Below are positions 49,499 to 60,576 of a DNA stretch of 64,000 nucleotides, in pieces (the first letter of the stretch is position 1; every line of letters starts with the position of its first letter). The translations under genes and the position numbers were made by a program. The stretch comes from Zygnema circumcarinatum SAG 698-1b (taxonomy: Eukaryota > Plantae > Zygnematophyceae): contig CM074819.1 in assembly GCA_037447605.1 (NCBI GenBank), positions 682,001-746,000 on the forward strand. Reading direction: 5' to 3'. A model generated the notes under the pieces. The model made no database searches and had not been told where the DNA came from. It saw only the letters and a program-made list of their open reading frames with translations.

Positions 49499-49966
49499 GG
49501 GTGGGTGTCCATCAGCGATTGCCTGTACCGCCACATCGGATTAGAGTCATGAAGGGAGAATTGCGGGTTCCATCAGAGGTCGCGCGAGCCAATCAGCGGA
49601 CGCCACGCTGCGGCGCACGATTGGCCACGCCTTGGCGGCTGTGCGCCAGCGTGGCCGCCGTACCCTCGTGGCATCTCGAACGGATCTTCAACGCCACGCG
49701 GCGGCGCACGATTGGAAAACTCAGGCGTACTTCCCCAAAACTCACTTCAGAGGGTATGTTCTGGGGAACTACGCCTGTACCTCCACGTCGGTCCTAGTCG
49801 GTCCTAGTCGGCGCCACGACGGCGCCACATCATCCTCCAAAACTACGCCTGTACCTCCACGTCGGTCCTAGTCGGTCCTAGTCGGCGCCACGACGGCGCC
49901 ACATCATCCTCCAAAACTACGCCTGTACCTCCACGTCGGCGAAAAAACGCTGATGGACACCCACCC
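49499..49966. mobile_element. PIF/Harbinger-like MITE, direct relative of 48696-49011, TCA TSD
   Basis: TIR GGGTGGGTGTCCATCAGCG; TCA at 49496-49498 and 49967-49969; internal ~75-bp tandem duplication. Confidence 0.88.
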
Positions 49967-50195
49967 TCAATGACATTCACACGTGGCGTCCTCTGCCTGG
50001 TAGGAAAGTTTCTTTCTCGCCGTCATCTGTGGGCCCTCCCCGCCAGTCACAAGCTTCAGCTACACGTGCAAACCATTATATATATATATATACATTAAAA
50101 TACCCGCATACTAGACAAACCAGGATTTCAGGTTTGCAACTTTCCCAAACGAACTGGAAACCACTCGCAAGGCCCGGAACAGGGACTTTTTTTTT

Positions 50196-50712
50196 GGAAA
50201 GTTCTATTTACAGTCCAGTGTCCTTTTTCTGAAAACAGTCACTTTTTCTCCGGGCAGCTTAAAAAAAAAACTGCTTACTGTAGACAATCGCGGCGCGGTG
50301 CCGTACGTCTGTGCACGGTCAGATCCTGCGCGCGAGATCTCTCCTCCCGAAAGATCCAAGGGGGGGGGCGTGATTAGCCAAAATGAAAGTACAGCTTTTC
50401 CCGAAAGGGGGCGCAGATATCCAAAAAGTGGGGCGGCTGTATCATTTTCCAAAAAGGGGACGACTATTTACAGTGTCCTTTTTCTGAAAACAGTCACTTT
50501 TTCTCCGGGCAGCTTAAAAAAAAAACTGCTTACTGTAGACAATCGCGGCGCGGTGCCGTACGTCTGTGCACGGTCAGATCCTGCGCGCGAGGATCTCTCC
50601 TCCCGAAAGATCCAAGGGGGGGGGGGGGGCGTGATTAGCCAAAATGAAAGTACAGCTTTTCCCGAAGGGGGGCGCAGATATCCAAAAAGTGGGGCGGCTG
50701 TATCATTTTCCC
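50196..50712. repeat. Two tandem ~255-bp units beginning with the GGAAAG-family TIR fragment
   Basis: About 50207-50451 is repeated at about 50465-50711. Confidence 0.8.
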
Positions 50713-50722
50713 TTTTTTTTTT

Positions 50723-51821
50723 GGAAAGTTCTATTTACAGTGTCCTTTTTCTGAAAACAGTCACTTTTTCGCCGGGCAGCTTTTACAAAGGACTTTGTTT
50801 CAAACTTTTCAGAATAGATACAGACCTTTTTTCGTCGGGTGTACGGATGGGGATTTGAATGTACGAAGCGCGCGTCTACAAAGTATAAGGGCGCAACACG
50901 TGGAGCGACATGATTGGCCGCGTCACCATATGACGTGACGAGTATGTTTGGGATCGTGACGTGACGAAACGAGACGCGAAAAAGTGTCCTCCTTCGCCTG
51001 CTTCGTCTACTACTTCTTCTTCTTCTTCTTCTTCTTTTTTCTTCTTTCTTCTTCTTCCGTTATTGACTGTGACTGGAACCCGGTTATTGGTTATGAATGG
51101 AAACCGGTTATTGACTGTGACTGGAAACCGGTTATTGGTTGTGACAGAAACTGATCAAAGGGTTCGGGTGGTGCCGTGGATCTCCTTGCAGCATATAGCC
51201 AGGAGCCCTGGCGGCTGGGCTCCCTCACACGTGGAGGATCAACTGGAGACTGCTCTGATGCAAGCCTCTTGGATAGGCTTTAGTAATCATTCAGGCATTG
51301 GACTAAGCAAGATGTTGACAGGGATTCTCATTCAGCATTCAGGCAGCAGAAAGGAGAGCGGGATGAAGTGAATAGGATGTTGGACATATGAAATGACAGA
51401 ATTTTCTTGAAGCGTACCCCAGCCATGGTGTGGCTGGGGATTTTCTGTATTAAAAAGTCTCCTTATAGACGTTGAAATACCCTAAAATGAGTTTTTAAAG
51501 TCTGTCAGTTTTAATTCCCGCCATTTCCGACTGCCGTCCGCGGATCACTTTTTTCGCGTCTCGTTTCGTCACGTCACAGTCCCAAACACGTCATATGTTG
51601 CTGCAACCAATCATGTCGCTCCACGTGTTGCGCCCTTATACCTTGAAGACGCGCGCTCTTCGTACAGTACATTCAAATCACCATCCGTACACCAGACGAG
51701 AAAAGATCTTTATCTATTCTGAAAACTATGAAACAGCATTTTTCTCTAAAAAATCCTTTGTACAAGCTGCCCGGCGAAAAAGTGACTGTTTTCAGAAAAA
51801 GGACTGTAAATAGTACTTTCC
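50723..51821. mobile_element. Long-TIR (about 270 bp) Mutator-like element with about 550 bp of unrelated internal sequence
   Basis: 50723-~50990 is the reverse complement of ~51545-51821; flanks are T-rich. Confidence 0.85.
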
Positions 51822-51829
51822 ATTTTTTT

Positions 51830-52779
51830 GGAAAATTCTATTGTCACACCTTTTTTGTCTACAGACAGACCTCTTTTCGCCGGGCAGAGTTTAAAAATAG
51901 ACAAAAAAGGAACACACCTTTCACACTTTTTTTTTCACCTTTTTTTTCACATCTTTTGGAATCGATACACACCTTTCTCCGTCGGGCAGATTTTAGCCCT
52001 TCTTGTTTTTTTCAGAGAAAAAAATATCGGCCTGCCCGAATCCGCTCGGAGCGAAAGATCCGTCCGCCACTAGATCGTTCGCGAGTGGCCGTCCTTCACA
52101 TGTCCAATGAATCTACAGTACACCGTCGCTTCTGGGGCAGATCGTACCACGGCAGATCACCGTTCGATCAGCAGCCGGGCTCGGTCCCAGCGAATGGCAC
52201 ACGCCCACGTGTCCCACCCAAGCCGGCTCAAAAGTTTGTACACGAGTCTAAATTCCTTACATTGAGCTTTTAAACCAATCACCATCTGCCGCGTGCTCTC
52301 TTTAGACGTGGCAAATTGTGAGTGGTACAGGCTCTCGATGGCGACGCTATTTTGACTTTCCTCGAAGCTGCGCGTTTACGACTTTTGTACGGACTTTTGA
52401 GCCAGCTTGGGTAGGACACGTGGGACCGAGCCCGGCTGCTGATCGAACGGTGATCTGCCGTGGTGCGATCTGCGTGAATATTGACGGCGAAAGTTTATTG
52501 CACGTGTGATGGACGGCCACCCGCGAACGATCTCGTGGCGGACGGATCTTCCGCTCCGAGCGAATTCGGACAGGCCGATATTTTTTCTCAGAAAATAAAA
52601 GATGAGTAAAATCTGCCTGACGAAAAAAGGTGCTCACGGCGCCCGGCCGCTCAGGACTAGTAGCCTGTATCGATTCCAAAAAGGTTTGAAAGGTGTGTTC
52701 CTTTTTGTCTATTTTTAAAATCTACCCGGCGAAAAGAGGTCTGTGTGTAGACAAAAAAGGTGTGAGAATAGAATTTTCC
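51830..52779. mobile_element. Foldback element, about 950 bp, arms about 400 bp (GGAAAATTCTATT termini)
   Basis: Left and right halves are reverse complements, e.g. GATCACCGTTCGATCAGCAGCCGGGCTCGGTCCCA and its inverse. Confidence 0.85.
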
Positions 52780-53112
52780 CTTCGTTTTTCGCCTGCCGCC
52801 TGGCACAATGATTGGTATCCCCGAAAAGGACAATCGTAGTGTAAAACACTATCCATAGGCCTGTACGGCCTACTGGCAGGCCCGGCTCGTTTGGGCCCTT
52901 CAGGGCCGCCAAAATCATAGTTTGCGTCATCGCATATCCGCCCGCCCGACCGCCGCAAAGGCTGATTGCAAGGGGACCACTGGGGACGTCCCACGTAGGC
53001 AAAAAAAGTATCGAAATATGAATGCAAGGTGGTCGACGAGAGAGGGCCAAGGGAAAGGCGTCCAGAGGCCGATCGTACGCAAACCGGAAAACTTTAATTT
53101 TTGATTTTTTCT

Positions 53113-53455
53113 GGAAATTTCTATTCTCACACCTTTTTTGTCTACACACAGACCTTTTTTCGTCGGGCAGGTTCTAGGGCACAGGTTGCAAAGTTAAACA
53201 ACATCCCTCAATGCCACAATGTCTGATGATTGTCCGGATGTCTTTGGCAATGCTTGTGGAATTATAATGCGTTTTTAGGGTTTCAAAACCTTTTTTTTCT
53301 AAAATAAAATCTGCTCCACGGAAAAAGGACTGTGTATAGACGAAAAGGTGTGAAAAAGTCATTTTTCGTTTTCAATGTTTTTTTTCTAAAATAGAACCTG
53401 CCCGACGAAAAAAGGTCTGTGTGTAGACAAAAAAGGTGTGAGAATAGAATTTTCC
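53113..53455. mobile_element. MITE with about 65-bp TIR of the GGAAA family
   Basis: GGAAATTTCTATTCTCACACCTTTTTTGTCTACACACAGACC at left, inverse at right; T-rich flanks. Confidence 0.85.
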
Positions 53456-54349
53456 TTTTTTTTTTTTTTTTTTTTTGCGCACTCGAACGCTCCAACGTCT
53501 GCCGTCCGATCCTCAAGGGAAATCACGCCATCGGATAACTCCTGGCCGTCCGATGGTTTCAGAAAAGGCAGCCGGATCCTGACGCCGAATCCAGATGCAC
53601 TCTCCCCGGCAACCCAATACAGTAACATTTAAAACGACAACAATGCCAGCTGCGCAGAGTCAGAGTGGCGCACAAAACGACAAGGTTAGAAATCAGAAAC
53701 GACAAGACACCCGACAAGGCGTCATTTGAAGAGCCAATCAGAGCATGGGAGTCGTACACCCAATACGACAGACCAACGGTCGGGCCAATGAGAGCGGGCG
53801 CCCCTCCGAGGCCGATGGAACGAACGGAAGATCGCGCTCAAGGACTGGAGAGGGCGAGGGAGTGGGAGAGAGGGAGAGGGAGAGGCGGAGGGAGAGGGAG
53901 AGGGAGAGGGAGTGGGGGAGGAAGAGAGAGAGAAAGAGGAGCTGGAGGGAGAAGGGATAGGGAGGGAGGAACGAGGGCGGGAAATGGGAGAGAGATTTGA
54001 GTGGCAGAGAGAAGTGAGAGGATGAGGAGGAGCGGGAGAGAGAAATTGAATAGGAGAGAGATTGAGGGAGCAGGGGTTGCCAGTGGGACGGGACTGAGAA
54101 GGGAGGAGGAAAAAACGGCAGAGAAGTTTACAGGGGGATCAAGAAAACACGGCGAGTTCAAGAGCAGATCTGAAGAGAGGGAGGACATGAGAGTGAGGGA
54201 AGGAGGGAGAGAGCAATGGAAGTGATATTGAACAGGCGAGAGGTGAGAGGAGTGGGAGGAGTGCCTATAATAGATACGTGAAGAGCGCGTTCTTACGGTA
54301 AGAATGGCCTGGAGGTAGGAATGGAACTAGAATGGTTTTGTTTTGGATG

Positions 54350-57040
54350 GTGTTCTCTCTAGCTCTCCTTCTCCATCTCCCATCTACCCCTCCCTCTACC
54401 TCTCCCATCCCTCCCCCTCCCCTTCCGCGCCTCCTCCTCCAGGTCCCTCTCCCTCGCTCTCTGCCTCCTCCTCTCTCCGTCCCTCTCCCTCTCTCTCTGC
54501 CTCCTCCTCTCTCCGTCCATCTCCCTCGTTCTCTTCCTCCTCTCTCCGCCCTCTCCCTCGCTCTCTGCCTCCTCCTTTCTCGTTTTGTCTCCCACGCTCT
54601 CTGCATCCTCTTTCTGCCCCTCTCCCTCACTCTCTGCCTCCCCCTTTCCCTATGCCTCTCTCACGCTCTCTGCATTCTCTTTCTGCCCCTCTCCCTCGCT
54701 CTCTGCCTCCTCTCTCCGTCCCTCTCCCGCGCTCTCTATCTCCTCTTCTCTCTGTCCCTCTCCCTCGCTCTCTGCCTCCTCCTTTCTTTGTCCCTCTCCC
54801 TCGCTCTCTGCCTCCTCTTTCTGCCCCTCTCCCTGACTCTGCCTCCTCCTTTCCCTAACGCTCTCTCACGCTCTCTGCATCCTCTCTCCGGCCCTCTCCC
54901 TCGCTCTCTTCCTCCTCTCTCCGGCCCTCTTCCTCGCTCTCTGCCTCCTCTCGCCGTTCCTCTCCCTCACTCTCTGCCTCCTCCTTTCACTGTCCCTCTC
55001 CCACGCTCTCTTCATACTCTTTCTGCCCCTCTCCCTCGCTCTCTTCCTCCTCTCTCCGGCCCTCTTCCTCGCTCTCTGCCTCTTATCTCCTTCCCTATCC
55101 CTCGCTCTCTGCCTCCTCTCATTGTCCCTCTCCCTCGCTATCTGCCTCCTCCTCTCTTTGTCCGTCTCCCTCGTTCTCTTCCTCCTCTCTCCGCCCTCTC
55201 CCTCGCTCTCTGCCTCCTCCTTTCTCGTTTTGTCTCCCACGCTCTCTGCCTCCTCTTTCTGCCCCTCTCCCTCACTCTCTGCCTCCTCCTTTCCCTATCC
55301 CTCTCTCACGCTCTCTGCATCCTCTTTCTGCACCCCTCTCTCGCACTCTTCCTCCTCTCTCCGGCCCTCTTCCTCGCTCTCTGCCTCCTCTCTTTGTCCC
55401 ACTCCCTTGCTATCTGCCTCCGCTCTTTGTCCCTCTCCCTCGTTCTCTTCTTCCTCTCTCCTCTCTCCGCCCTCTCCCTCGCTCTCTGCCTCCTCTCGCC
55501 GCCCCTCTCCCTCACTCTCTGCCTCTCTGCCTCCTCCTTTCCCTCTCCCTCTCCCACGCTCTCTTCATCCTCTTTCTGCCCCTCTCCCTCACTCTCTGCC
55601 TCCTTCTTTTCTCTGTCCCTCTCTCACGCTCTCTGCATCCTCTTTCTGCCCCTCTCCCTCGCTCTCTGCCTCCTCTCTTTGTCCCACTCCCTTGCTATCT
55701 GCCTCCGCTCTTTGTCCCTCTCCCTCGTTCTCTTCTTCCTCTCTCCTCTCTCCGCCCTCTCCCTCGCTCTCTGCCTCCTCTCGCCGTTCCTCTCCCTCAC
55801 TCTCTGCCTCCTCCTTTCTCTGTCCCTCTCCCACGCTCTCTTCATCCTCTTTCTGCCCCTCTCCCTCACTCTCTGCCTCCTTCTTTTCTCTGTCCCTCTC
55901 TCACGCTCTCTGCCTCCTCTCTCTGCCCCTCTCCCTCGCTCTCTGCCTCCTCTCTTTGTCCCACTCCCTCGCTATCTGCCTCCTCCGCTCTTTGTCCCTC
56001 TCCCTCGTTCTCTTCCTCCTCTCTTCTCTCTCCGCCCTCTCCCTCGCTTTCTGCCTCCTCTCGCCGTTCCTCTCCCTCACTCTTTGCCTCCTCCTTTCTC
56101 TGTCCCTCTCCCACGCTCTCTTCATCCTCTTTCTGCCCCTCTCCCTCACTCTCTGCCTCCTCCTTTTCTCTGTCCCTCTCTCACGCTCTCTGCCTCCTCT
56201 CTCTGCCCCTCTCCCTCGCTCTCTTCCTCCTCTCTCCGGCCCTCTTCCTCGCTCTCTGCCTCCTCTCTTTGTCCCACTCCCTCGCTATCTGCCTCCTCCG
56301 CTCTTTGTCCCTCTCCCTCGTTCTCTTCCTCCTCTCTTCTCTCTCCGCCCTCTCCCTCGCTTTCTGCCTCCTCTCGCCGTTCCTCTCCCTCACTCTCTGC
56401 CTCCTCCTTTCTCTGTCCCTCTCCCACGCTCTCTTCATCCTCTTTCTGCCCCTCTCCCTCACTCTCTGCCTCCTCCTTTCCCTATCCCTCTCTCACGCTC
56501 TCTGCATCCTCTTTCTGCCCCTCTCCCTCCTCTCGGCATCCTCTCTCTCCCTCGCTCTCTGCCTCCTCCTCTCCTTCCCTCTCCCTCGCTCTCTCCTCGC
56601 TCTCTGCCCTCTCCCTTCTGCTCTCTCCTCTTCTCACTCTCTGCCTCCTCCTCTCTTTGTCCCTCTCCCTCGTTCTCTTCCTCCTCTCTCCTTCCCTCTC
56701 CCTCGCTATCTGCCTCCTCCTCTCTTTGTTCCTCTCCCTCGTTCTCTTCCTCGTCTCTCCTTCCCTCTCCCTCGCTCTCAGCCTCCTCTCTTTGTCCCTC
56801 TCCCTCGCTCTCAGCCTCCTCTCTTTGTCCCTCTCCCTCGCTTTCTGCCTCCTCCTCTCTGTGTCCCTCTCCCTCGTTCTCTTCCTCCTCTCTCCACGCT
56901 CTCCCTCGCTCTCTGCCTCCTCTCTTTGTTCCTCTCCCTCACTCTCTGCCTCCTCTCTCTGTCCCTCTCCGACGCTCTCTGCCTCCTCCTCTCACCATCC
57001 CTCCCCCTCACTCTCGTCCTCTCCCTCTCTCGGTCCCTCT
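54350..57040. repeat. 2.7-kb pyrimidine-rich minisatellite with about 280-bp higher-order period
   Basis: Unit like CTCTCCCTCGCTCTCTGCCTCCTCTCTTTGTC; near-identical minus-strand ORFs start at 55834, 56114 and 56427 and end at 55589, 55866 and 56146. Confidence 0.9.
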
Positions 57041-57683
57041 CAGTTTCTATGCATGTAACTCCAGTTTCCTTGTCGTGGCGATATTAACATGTTCGTCTCA
57101 GTTTCCATGTATTTGCTCATGGCTTGTGATTCCTGTTTTATATTCCACCAATTTTCGTGCAGACTGTGGTTTCAAGTTCCTTCCTTTCCGCCACATTCCA
57201 CCAGCTAGTGTTCTCCCTCGTTCGCCTTTTCAAACAAATGCACAGTCAGTGCTCCTTTCCGCATCTATTGCGGACATTTCGTATTCACACGTGAACAGCA
57301 AAAATGCAATAAAGGAGAGAGGAAGCCGGCTTATAATATGGCTTCGAATAAGGAAGAAAGCAGACGGAGAGGAGGATTTGGGGGTGGCACACCGCGGTCA
57401 CGTGACGGAGAGAAAGGGAGAGAGGGGGAGAGGGAGAGGAAAAGGGAGAGGGAGAGGGAGTGGGAAGGGGAGATGAAGAGGGACAGGGAGAGGGAGAGGG
57501 AGGGAGAGGGAGAGGGAGGGAGAGGGAGAGGGAGAGGGAGGGAGAGGGAGAGGGAGAGGGAGAGGGAGAGGGAGAGGGAGAGGGAGAGGGAGAGGGAGGG
57601 AGAGCGAGAAGGAGAGGGAGAGGGAGAGAGGAGGAGAGCAGAGAGGGGCTAGCAGGACTGCTGAGTGGGGTGCTTGGGAACAG

Positions 57684-59339
57684 GTGAGACAGAAGTCGCA
57701 GCGGGAGAGGAAGGAGAAGTTCAGCCCTACGGACGAGGAGCTACATGCAACGGAAATGCGTGAAACTGAAACTGAACAGCGTCTGTCTAGCAGGCAAAGC
57801 TTGAATTCTGTGAGCGATCTCATTGAAGATGAGCAGAAACGAATGAAGTTCTTTGGTGATGGGATCGTTGGGAGAGGAAAGGAAGCTGTCTCTCCCTACT
57901 ATTCTCACAGCCATTACATCTCTCAAAGTGGAGATCTGAACGGAGATGTAACGCTTAGCAGGGTTCAGAATCCAAAGAATCTTGGGTCGGGGTTGGGGAG
58001 GGAGGGTTTACCCTTTGAAGCTCAGTCTGAAGCAGCAAGGGAGAATTTTCTGAGCCTTGAACACTCAAAAGATCAGCCATGCCTAATGCAGTTGGGACCG
58101 AACTTAGAGCTCGGCCTCGGAGTCGTGGGAGAGCGTGATAGTGTGTCAAAGTTGGCGGAAAATGTGAGAGAGAGCGGTAGCAGGGAGATGGGCCAAGAGA
58201 GAGGGAAGGGAGAGAGAAGGGAGAGAGGAGTACCGTGTGGCTCTATGTCATGGCTGGCACGACACGCAAAAGTGACAATGGAAGGTAGTGAGAGTGCCCA
58301 AAGGGGGCAGAAAATGCAGCAATGGGGTGGTGATCCTATTACTTGGCCTCCTCCTCCTCCTCCTCCTGCAGGTGCTGCAGTAAGGGGAATAGAGGGAAAG
58401 GAGAGCAGATGGAGTTACTTTGAGGTGCAGGCAGAGGCTGCTGCTACTCTCCAGAATTCAGGAGGGCTTACTCCAGTAACTCCATCGACTCCCACTCTTC
58501 AAGATGGCATACCAGCATGTGTCAATGCTTTGGATTCCTCATCCCCTTTACCGTCGCCCTATGTCAGAATTGAGCGTAAACTGTACATGGAGGCAATATG
58601 TAATCTCTCCCACCAGACTACGGCTCACGCAGATGTGAGGGCCCCTTCTCCCAATTGGTTTGTCGCAGAAAGAACCCTAAAATTGCAGAAGCTGGAGGAG
58701 GGGGGAGAGAGAGAGAGGAGCTACAAAGAGGAGACTCAGTTGGGAAACTCCCCGAGGATGGAGCTTCCTCTTGTTCACGCCTTTGGGAGCGGTTGGCTTC
58801 CATCAAGAGAGAAGTCAGGAGCGTGGTCTATAATAATGGGCAATCCTGAGCAGATTCCATCATGCCCTAATGGAGCTGCACTACTGAGGGAAGGGGTGGT
58901 CCCTCCTCTGAGCCCAAATGTTGGTGAACCTGGCTCAGAAATTCCAATTTTGACATCATCTAAACAGAGAGGAATGAGCCAGATCTTACAAGCAGATGAA
59001 GGATTGAAGGTGGAGAAGGGGTTTAAGGGGTTTAACAAAATAGACAGAGGGGCAAGGTTCAATTTACAAACAGAAACAATAAGAGAATTGATACGATCCA
59101 CTCAAAGCGCCAGGCAGGGACCAGAGACTGTCTCTTCCTCACAAGGAAATGGGGCTGGAATGGAACATAGGGTTAGTCAAACTGCTCCCATTGGGAGGAT
59201 AAGCAGCAGCCAGGAAAGCATTGATTCTGAACAATTCCTTAGCTCTAGTTTCATTGCAGAAGATGGTGGGAGAGACTCGAACTCAAGTTTCTTCGAATTT
59301 TTGTCAGACTCTGGTAGCCAGCAGAGGGGAAATGATTAG
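57684..59339 (+). CDS. Hypothetical protein, large low-complexity exon (at least 551 aa); start unresolved
   Basis: Long non-repetitive stop-free frame (open from 57477), rich in S/E/G/P; no family recognised. It probably extends 5' through the GA repeat. Confidence 0.6.
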   Translation: MRQKSQRERKEKFSPTDEELHATEMRETETEQRLSSRQSLNSVSDLIEDEQKRMKFFGDGIVGRGKEAVSPYYSHSHYISQSGDLNGDVTLSRVQNPKNLGSGLGREGLPFEAQSEAARENFLSLEHSKDQPCLMQLGPNLELGLGVVGERDSVSKLAENVRESGSREMGQERGKGERRERGVPCGSMSWLARHAKVTMEGSESAQRGQKMQQWGGDPITWPPPPPPPAGAAVRGIEGKESRWSYFEVQAEAAATLQNSGGLTPVTPSTPTLQDGIPACVNALDSSSPLPSPYVRIERKLYMEAICNLSHQTTAHADVRAPSPNWFVAERTLKLQKLEEGGERERSYKEETQLGNSPRMELPLVHAFGSGWLPSREKSGAWSIIMGNPEQIPSCPNGAALLREGVVPPLSPNVGEPGSEIPILTSSKQRGMSQILQADEGLKVEKGFKGFNKIDRGARFNLQTETIRELIRSTQSARQGPETVSSSQGNGAGMEHRVSQTAPIGRISSSQESIDSEQFLSSSFIAEDGGRDSNSSFFEFLSDSGSQQRGND

Positions 59340-60576
59340 AAACAGTGAGAGCCAGTGCCTTTGCCCCATTTTTTTTTTTTACTTACTGGCACGGTACAGA
59401 GCTTCGCAGTGTGCCTGAATGAAGTCATCTGTTTTTCAGTGGCCATTATCATTAGAATAGAATTTCTCCCTTACAATCGAATGGTATATAAGGAAAGGAG
59501 GCTGTTGCTACAATACTGAAATCCGATTAGTGATCAGTGCACCGACAAGGACACTGAAAAACTCTTTCATGGGTCCGACTTTATATGTCGTAAATTTTGA
59601 ACAAATGAAATGAAAAACAAATGAAATGATTCTCTCTCTGCCAGAAAGAGTGGCTAAGCCATTCACTTCATTTGATGTATTCCCAATAATATACGAAAGG
59701 CTATTTCAGCCGTGCGTAAACGCTGCAGACCAACCAGCATAGACCATCATTTGACCGACATATGTTGTATGCTTATGCATCATAAGCTTCACTGCACTTA
59801 AAACTAAGAACGCTCCTCAAAGGCCACTACACAACTGGAGTTTCTCCACAACCCAAGGCGAGGGCACACATCGCTTCCAAATGTGCAATATATAGAGCCT
59901 TGGACGCCTGTCGGTGTTCTGCTCCCTAACTGAAGGTTCTTCAGACAAAGAGAACGAAAGGTGAATGGATTGCTTCAGCAAAAGCAACTAGAAGAGAGTC
60001 ATCTGCAGACATCTACTTAATGAGAAGAAATGTCAAATAGAAAATCGTAATCTGGCAATGCTCCAAGAATAGATGGCATTAGTTGTCCAATGTCTTCTTT
60101 TGGCGACAAGAGGATCCGAATGAACAGAGCAGACTCATGCACATCTCCTGCTCACTGCACTCTCCTGCACAAACTTCACTTGTTTCCTTCAGCTCATAAC
60201 ATCACGAACAAACAAAAGTACAAATTACAATTAAAGAAACACAATCAGAGATTGAAGGAAGGCGATTGAACTTGCGAGTTCCCCTTGTTTCCAGAGGTCA
60301 CTTCCTTCGGCAATAGAAATCATGCTCAAGAGTTACCTATTCTGCCTACACGAAGGCTTCAATCGTGACACACATGCGCAGTGTGCTAACCGATTGAAAA
60401 CGTGGTGGTAAGTGAACAGTCAGCGCCTCAAAATCCAGCCGAATCTAGTCTTTAGAGATAAGCTACCGGTTCTTGAACTACTCATAGAGCCAAGTGTAGA
60501 ACTGTATTCATGATCTCGAGGATCTCCACCCACGAAACAGCCCTTCTGTGCCAAAGAATGTTGACAAAATCTTCGC

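Noticed and set aside
49735-49945. CRISPR-like repeat-spacer array
   Set aside because: It is a simple internal tandem duplication in a MITE with no unique spacers or cas genes, in a eukaryotic context.
54332-57476. 908-aa and 784-aa ORFs
   Set aside because: They are translations of the CT minisatellite, which lacks stop codons on that strand; no coding signal.
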